From NCBI GenBank assembly GCA_977862235.1, contig OZ374560.1, forward strand, positions 682,001 to 746,000: a stretch of DNA of 64,000 nt. The letters run 5' to 3'. Below are positions 57,234-64,000 of the stretch, in pieces. Positions within the stretch are counted from its first letter, which is position 1. Each line of letters starts with the position of its first letter. A program made the translations under genes and the position numbers. The notes beneath the pieces are model-generated. The model was not told the DNA's origin and ran no database searches. It saw nothing but the letters and a program-made list of their open reading frames with translations. The DNA is from Dudresnaya verticillata. Its lineage: Eukaryota.

Positions 57234-57930
57234 TGACCGTAAAGTAGCCGAGTTCACCCCCATCCTGTACAAAATCTCACCTTGTCGCCCCTCGCCTAGT
57301 TCAGCATTTGGAAATGTCGCCTTTTGTCACCGCTGGATTAGTTCAAGTTTTGTGTTTGTCGAGTAAGGCTTTGCGATGTCACCGTGCTGGTGCATGCAAA
57401 ACTAGCTATGTCGGACCTGTTCTTGTAGCTAATTGACCATCGTCACCCCCCATTCACAACAAAAAATCCGGTTTCACTTCCCATCTGCCGCAACTCTAGA
57501 CCCTGTCACCCCCTAAAACGCAACATTATCTCTTTTTTAAGATATGCCGAGAGAAAAACCTGAAGGTCTCCGCCAAGAACACAAGACTTTTCAGTACTAC
57601 GCTCAAATGGTGTGTTTATGTCGTTGACAAAGATAGAGTATCGTACGACCCTAGGAGATTGAGTGGACTTAAGAACGCCTCACCCCCGGAGACAGGCGCA
57701 GAGTTATCGCAGTTCGTTAACTGCCTGTAGTGGATGTCGCAATATATACCGCACTTCGCTAATCGTGTAGCTCCACTGCGTTCAGTCCTCGAGGAAGCCT
57801 ATAAGAAGTCTGGGAAACGGACCTCGCGGTCCATATAGGGTGCTCGTCTCTCGCAGTTGTCCTGGGGCCGTGTGCATAAGGAAGCCTTTTACGGTCTGCA
57901 AGAACAACTTCGAAAGTCTGTCGAGCTCGC

Positions 57931-58569
57931 TGTAGTAGAATGGCATTCAAGCCAGAGGAGACGGCTACACAGCACGACAGCTGTCCTGAAAGCGTGATCC
58001 CAATCGCGTGGTTGGTAGCTCCAAAAGGGGTGGTAGAGACTTGAGAGGGCTGCAAGCCCTCCGAAAGAGGGGAAAAGGGAAGGAGAACCGTACTTCTTAG
58101 AGCAGTAGTCGTAGGTAGTACGGCTTGTAAACGCCTAACGGGGGTTGTAGCTGTGATACGTTGAGAGTCTAACAAAGGGGGAAAAGACCAAAGAACGCAC
58201 CACTGCCCGTTTAGTGCGGGGTCCCTGCTACTCAGGGGCCTAATAAATACGGCGGGAGCCGGAAAGATACTACCCGCTCAGTTAGAGCTATAATGCTAAC
58301 AGTGAGCTAATACTGTACACTAACAGTTACACTAGCGATTAAAAATAGGAATGAGCGGTCATTCCGCTTCCGTATGTACGGCGTCACTGTAAGACGCCGC
58401 GCACAAAATAGGCGTGAAATCATGGCGCGTATCCACAACTCAGCGCGCATAGTGGTCACGTAGTTAATTGTCCAATGGCAAGCAGCCATATCACTCGTGT
58501 GTCCCACGCCTTACAGGCGTCGCGTGTACACGTGGGTCCTTGCAGCGCCCCAGCGCTCGTTGTACCACA
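57931..58569 (-). repeat. 3' LTR of D
   Basis: Shares blocks with LTR B (ccgccgtatttatt.ggcccctgagtagcaggg.ccccgcactaaac). Confidence 0.9.
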
Positions 58570-59326
58570 CGGCCTCCTTATTAAAACTGAGCGACCGTGC
58601 TGAGTAGAGAGCTGTACAGCGATGCTGTTTCCAAAGCCTGTGGCAGTTGAGATTCGAAATCTCGGTCCGTTCGTTGGCCCAATAGCCACGCGTGTGAAAA
58701 CACCTCCTTTCGACCGTCTCAATGGTAAGGCCAAGTCAGCGCTACTTGAGCCGCCGGCGTCGGCACGACCGGTATCGGTTGCGAGAATCTTCAGACGGGC
58801 GTGCGCCTATTTCAATGCCGGCTCATAGCCCTCTGATCTCTCACTGTGCCCAACACACCCACAACCGCAACGACTCCCTGACTTCCCGACTCTTGCTATC
58901 TACATCGCTGGCCGCCGCAGGTGACTTCATCCTACGCGACTCGCAGCCGCCGCCCACACCTTCATCGGTGTCGGGACGACGCACATCGACGTTCACCAAG
59001 CGAAGCGTTCGTGCGCCCGTCGCGGTTCTCGTCGCCACGTACCGCGAGTTGGTCTCGCGTCTGACTACTTCCGTCGTACACGCGCCGATATTCCCGGCTC
59101 GCAGCCGCTGTTCAGGTCGCGCTCGTCAGTCTTCTAGGATTGGCATGGGAGCCGACGTTCAGGCAGAAGAACGGCTTCCACGCCGTAGGATTCATCAGGT
59201 CTTGCTCACTATCCAGTACGGTCAGTTCTGGAGCCAACGCTAACCAAGGAAACGGTCTCCGAACCTTAGGAGATTTGATCCCCGGACGGCTTGGAAGTCG
59301 TTGGGGTACTCGTTGGCCATAGCGAA

Positions 59327-61598
59327 ATGGCTCCGCCGCACTTGGCGTATGGGACGGCAGGCTCGAGTGCAAATGTCTTGGGACATGGGGTGGATGTGGC
59401 TGGCGTACCGATAGTGATCTCCCACAGCCGCGGCTGTCTCTTGCGTACCGCCCTAACACATCTAAAGATGCGGGCGGGAGATAGTCGCGAGGAGGTTCGC
59501 CGTATCGGGGGGAGGAAGGCTCAAAGCCGTGTTTGGAATCGCCTCATGCGCACGCGCGTTGGTATCCTGACCGGCACCAACCGGTTCCTCCCACGCCTTG
59601 ACGGCGATGCAGACACTCTGCAATGGGACCTTGACTATGTGCGCTTCAGGAATGAGATTGTGTGGAGCAATATCCTGACGCAGAAGTTAACTTTCCAAAC
59701 CGAGCTGCTGTATCAGATCCATCAGAGTGGAGAGTGGGACCTTCGCATGATAACGCATGAACGCTCACTCATACGTAAGGGTCGGGATAACTTCCCTTAT
59801 ACCATGGCCCTGCGTAGTGAGATGGGACGAGTCGTCGAATCTTAAGTATGCGCTCGATAACCCACAGACGGCGATGCCGTTAGAACACTCCCGTTTCGAG
59901 CGTACACAGCGTCATAAGACTGGGTGTCTCATCCCTTGCCATTGCCAAGAGGTGACGGCTATTAAGCCGGAGCGGTATAACGGGAAGTACCCCAGATTCC
60001 AGACGATCATAAGAATCTCGAGGTCTCATACTCAATGCCCGTTGGAACTCCGACTATAGTCGCTTACCTCGGTCTAGAAATGATGGCTAAGGATGACAGT
60101 GTACTTTGGAGCATCTTCCACGATGAGTGAATTGTTCTCGTCGTACAGACCTTGGTCTATGAGGTTCGTCGAGGCCTTTTGTATTTCATCAGCCAACCAT
60201 TGCGCGTGGCCATTCGGGCTCTGAGCCCGACCGCTCTTACGGCGGATGCTGAAGACGCCAAGGACTTAGAAGTCCTGCTCGTATTCATAGAGCGCATTCC
60301 CTGGAGCGAAAGTTCCAAGAGGAACCGACACCTTCCGGACATTACCGGTCATCTGAATCCGGTCTTGAACCGTGGAGACTGGGTAGATTTTGATCCTCAG
60401 AAGTGGCATCCACTCTTACGAGAGTACCTAATCCAGCCGGAGCCGTCAGAGGCTCAACCCCTGATTCTTGAGGAGGGGATTCGTACAACCGTCACTGCTG
60501 GTTGGGTTAGTTCCCGTTGGCGAGACTCGGGTCCTCAGACCCCTGAGCAGGTTCCGGTTTACGACAAGACAGTCGGTGGGCAGCCACAGGGACCTCATGC
60601 CCCGCCTGGAATGGGCTATTCGAAAGCCGACCACGTTATTAGATACGTATTAAATAGGCGCGGGTTAGCCATCTGGCTTGCTTGCCATTGGGACATGCGT
60701 CATCTCAACATACATAGTATGGCAGACTGGGTGGAGGAGGTCATGGTGCATTATGAGTCCAATTGGTTGCAGATTCCGGGCCCTGCCGACGAGATGGAGC
60801 GTCTGTGGGCCCACTTCGCCGCTCTTCCTCCCCTGTCGGGCCGTTCGCGGGTCGGGGACGTGAAGCCGTGTCACGGTATTGGCCACGCTGGCGCTCCTGG
60901 CATCAAACAAGAGTCGACTGCAGTCGAAGAAAAGAATCCTCGAGCTAACACGAGTAACGATCCCGCGGCGATTCCGCGTGAGGAGTCGTCCACCACCACC
61001 GTGTAGACCACAGCTACAGCTGTTAAGTCGGTTACCACGCCTTCGGTGGCGGTCGTTTCAACTTCTACTGAGATAGCAGCGGTGGAAGCTCCGACCCTTG
61101 TGGCACCAACTACGGGGTTACCCGGCTTCGCCCCCATGGGCGGGTTCCTCGGGGCAGACTTTCCTCGCCGTGGCTCTCAAGCCACAGAGGAAGTGTTGAC
61201 CGGGGTTGCCGTAGTCGTACCTGTGCCACAGGATAAAGAATCTGAGGGCTCAAAGCTCGATGTCGACGGGCAAGATGGCGCCTCTCAAGCGAATAAGGTC
61301 GCAACCTCCTCAGCCGACGTAATTGTCAAGAATGAATTAGCCATCAAGGAGGAGGACAAAGAGCAGCCCGCTGGGTGTATTAACGAGCGGCTTAGACGCT
61401 ATGGACATCGATGCAACAGCAACAGGCAGTCGGGTTGCTAATGAGGAAGCGGAGACCGGGCTCGGTCGGGGATCCTGCCGCTTGGGACATGGAAGTCGCA
61501 TGACACGCGAAGTGCGTCATGTCGTCATTTTCCATACGGCTCCGCAGCCGGACCAGCCTCTTGGCGAGAAAGAGGTCATCAACTTTTTGTCCGATTAA
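59327..61598 (+). pseudogene. Accessory ORF of D (antisense to its element), frameshifted
   Basis: Pieces 59291-59845, 59757-60059, 60152-61006, 61046-61441 and 61401-61598 align with the B accessory protein (e.g. LKYALDNPQTA, RHKTGCLIPCHCQEV, RGDWVDFDP). Confidence 0.88.
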
Positions 61599-62265
61599 GC
61601 CGTTTGATGGTTTATAGCAACCACCTTTTCCCTAGTGTCCACTGCAGCTGGGCTAGAATCCATTGCAATGCGCCTGCCATGGGCAAGAGAGGCTTAACCG
61701 CTAAAGTCAGTCCTGATGTTGTTATTCCCGTGCGGCTGAGAGCCGATCTCAGCGCCCTTATTTTACTTGCCGTTAGCACGGCCGCGTATCTACGGGTTGA
61801 TTCTCCAAAGGCCCCGTTTTTCAGATAGGCACATCCGATGCGCGTGCTCCCGTTTGGGTCAACATCGGACCTCGAGCTTGCAGCTCACCCATGCAACTTG
61901 ACGGAAATATGGATAGTGCTCTTTGGATGGGTTAACGCAGAGAAACGTTCGCCACTGTTGGGAGTAGCTTGGCACCACAGCGCACACTGTGGCACCGAGT
62001 CGTTGGGACGAATTTGATTCATGGCTCATTCCGCCTTCTTGAGGGGAGAAGGGCGAGTGGGAAGACGCCAGCAACGACCCATCCCCCTCTACAGTAGTAG
62101 AAAGGGCTACTGTAGCGGTGGATCGATTTGGCGCCAACTCACGGGGTGCTTTGTTTGACGAACTCTAATTCGTGAATGAGTGATTCAGATTAGTTTGATT
62201 CGTGAAGAATTGCGCAGACGAATTTGATTCGTCGTCCAATCCACTGCCATGCTCTTGGGTGGTCG

Positions 62266-64000
62266 TGTGGTGCAAGGGGAGGTGAGCCCTTTTTCGCTGA
62301 AAGCGGGCAAACCAAATACGTCGACCGACGGAGAAACCGCCACCGGCGCTCACCACCCCCGTTGGCGCGCGAACACGTCATCGACGGCTCACTGGGGCGC
62401 GCGCGCACACTGCGCGCCGTGCGCCACGCGGGCATTGTACGGTGATGGGCCGACATGGCGCCCCGGGGCACTGTAATACGGATCCAGATGGGATCCGGAT
62501 CCGATATCCAGATTGGCTATCTGAATCCCCTGAGCTGGAATATACGCGCGTGTAAGGCTGCGGGTGTTCGCATTGCTGGCCCGATCCGGATCGGATCGGG
62601 ATCGGAAAAGTACCGGATTAGATCCAAGGCGCACGCTCTACAGTACGCGCGCGCGCACAGCTGTAAGGCACACGCGTCCACGTGTGTGTGTAAGCACCCA
62701 CACAGGGGGTTGTACGGCAACCTGTCAGGCGCACGGCTGCATGCAATGGGTGATCTGTCAGACGCGCCTCGGGGCGACACGTGTCCCGAGTTCCCGCGCT
62801 ACGCACACGCACCGCCACCGCCGCACCCGCGTACTATACTTAGGTAAGCCGTCCCAGACGTAGCAGTAAACGCCCGGGCAAACCGGCCTTGGTCCAGACT
62901 TCCCCGTTCCGCACGCGCGTATCCTACCGCTGCCTACGGCTCAAGCGTCTACCTCCCGTGCTTCCACGTCTATCATCTTCCTTGACGTGTTCCCTTTCTG
63001 TTTCCTTTTCCCTTCCTTTCCGCCTCGGGCGTTTACAGTCCGCCCAAGGCGTATCCATTGCTCTACCACAAGTCGCCCAAGGCGGGACTACTCACCGCCA
63101 AGGGCGCAGCTACCCACCGAGCCCCGAACTGCTCGGCGGTCTATCGTCTCAGACGTTTGCACCACATCTGGTCTCCCGACCTAGAATTGTGCTACGTTTC
63201 AACGAGTTACTCCGTCGTGCGACGTCCGACTCTCCGTCTTCAGACGTTTGTCGCTAATCGTCCACGACGTTCAAGCAACTCTACGATTGTATCATGGCCT
63301 CACGACCGCCACCGTCGCGAGGTCCAAGTTCAAGAAGACCGTCTTCGACGTCTGGGAGTGTACCTGCGTCAGAACGGTCGCTACAGCGGATGACAACGAG
63401 GTCTGGGCGCCTCGTGAGCCCCGAGATCGCGTCGGCTTTCCCGACGCTACCCCCGGGCCACGGCCACGCAGGCTCCCACGCGTCGCTCAACGGAGGAGAG
63501 TTACCTCCCCCGCCGACGCGCAACCCCGTCGTCGTCCGCACCTCAGTCCCCGAGGGATCGGCCCTCCGCACCTACCGCTCCTACGTTGGCTCGGTTGATA
63601 CAGTACAAGCCGAGCAACAGGACGTCGTAGACGGAACACAAGCCGACATCGTCGAGGGACAACCGGAACTTCCGGATCAACCAACCGTCCCCGTCAACGA
63701 CGATCAAGGGCACTCCGCGGAGCGCAATGTCGCTGACGAACCATTGACACACGGGGCATGTTGCCCCACTCCCCACGGCAGTACCGGTTGTTCGCCGGCT
63801 AAGCCGAAGTCGCCAATTCAAAGGGCGCAAGGGACGCGCGACCGGTCAAACCGCGAAAGCCAACCGTCAACGGAGTCACCCTCGGCCGTCCGCGTGAGTA
63901 ACTTATCGATACCACGCGAACGGATCCGAGAGGTGTGCGTCTTGGAGGACGATGTGATGCTCGCTAGATTCGCCGGGTTGCTGGACGCCAGTGTCGGAGG
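62266..64000 (+). mobile_element. 5' end of LTR retrotransposon H (LTR 62266-63166, PBS 63169-63186), running off the window
   Basis: Perfect TGTGGTGCA...TGCACCACA ends, homology to solo LTR F, and a PBS identical to that of B. Confidence 0.9.

Larger units (their letters stand above)
53357..57532 (+). mobile_element. Mutator-like (MULE) DNA transposon, decayed
   Basis: Imperfect TIRs of ~75 bp (ttgcgttttagggg.tgacagggtc at the left end, reverse complement at 57496-57523). Interrupts the RT of C. No clear TSD. Confidence 0.88.
30611..57930 (+). mobile_element. Old Ty3/Gypsy element C, fragmented by five insertions
   Basis: Coding pieces at 30611-30699, 36199-36903, 51034-51493, 52332-53357 and 57533-57930 rejoin: ...APVQHPVL|RSVAPLKV (gag), VTLNIEL|RIRHG (protease), AWLDD...QLRN|FFKICREKNLK (RT). 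Confidence 0.85.
57931..62265 (-). mobile_element. 3' part of reversed LTR retrotransposon D (diverged relative of B)
   Basis: LTR at 57931-58569 (reverse complement ends gccattctactaca, as in B) and PPT at 58570-58582. Internal sequence is collinear with B 46380-49926 up to ~62140. Confidence 0.9.

Overview
Eukaryotic, TE-rich DNA. Intronless genes, the bZIP type and the retroelement style suggest a florideophyte red alga (inference only). A central gene island (~14.7-29.9 kb) holds two tandem intronless Argonautes with intact DEDH slicer tetrads, a bZIP factor and a stand-alone triple-BRK-domain protein. To its left is a ~4.1 kb palindrome with 1.5 kb near-identical arms. Each arm carries a secreted 4-Cys peptide gene, and the palindrome is interrupted by a poly(A) retroposon and by a TSD-flanked integrase fragment. 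From 30 kb onward is a nested TE stack. An old WLDD-type Ty3/Gypsy element (C) is split by a complete chromodomain element (A), two solo LTRs (G, F), a 13.3 kb chromovirus (B) inside G, a Mutator-like element whose transposase region begins with a J-domain, and a reversed relative of B (D), which itself carries a further element (H). Best novelty candidates: (1) an antisense accessory ORF conserved between B and D, with a Cys/His motif, SUMOylation consensus sites and a C-terminal SIM-like motif; (2) the peptide-gene palindrome next to the Argonaute pair; (3) the J-domain/MULE fusion. All family and domain calls are by eye from motifs; no database search was run.
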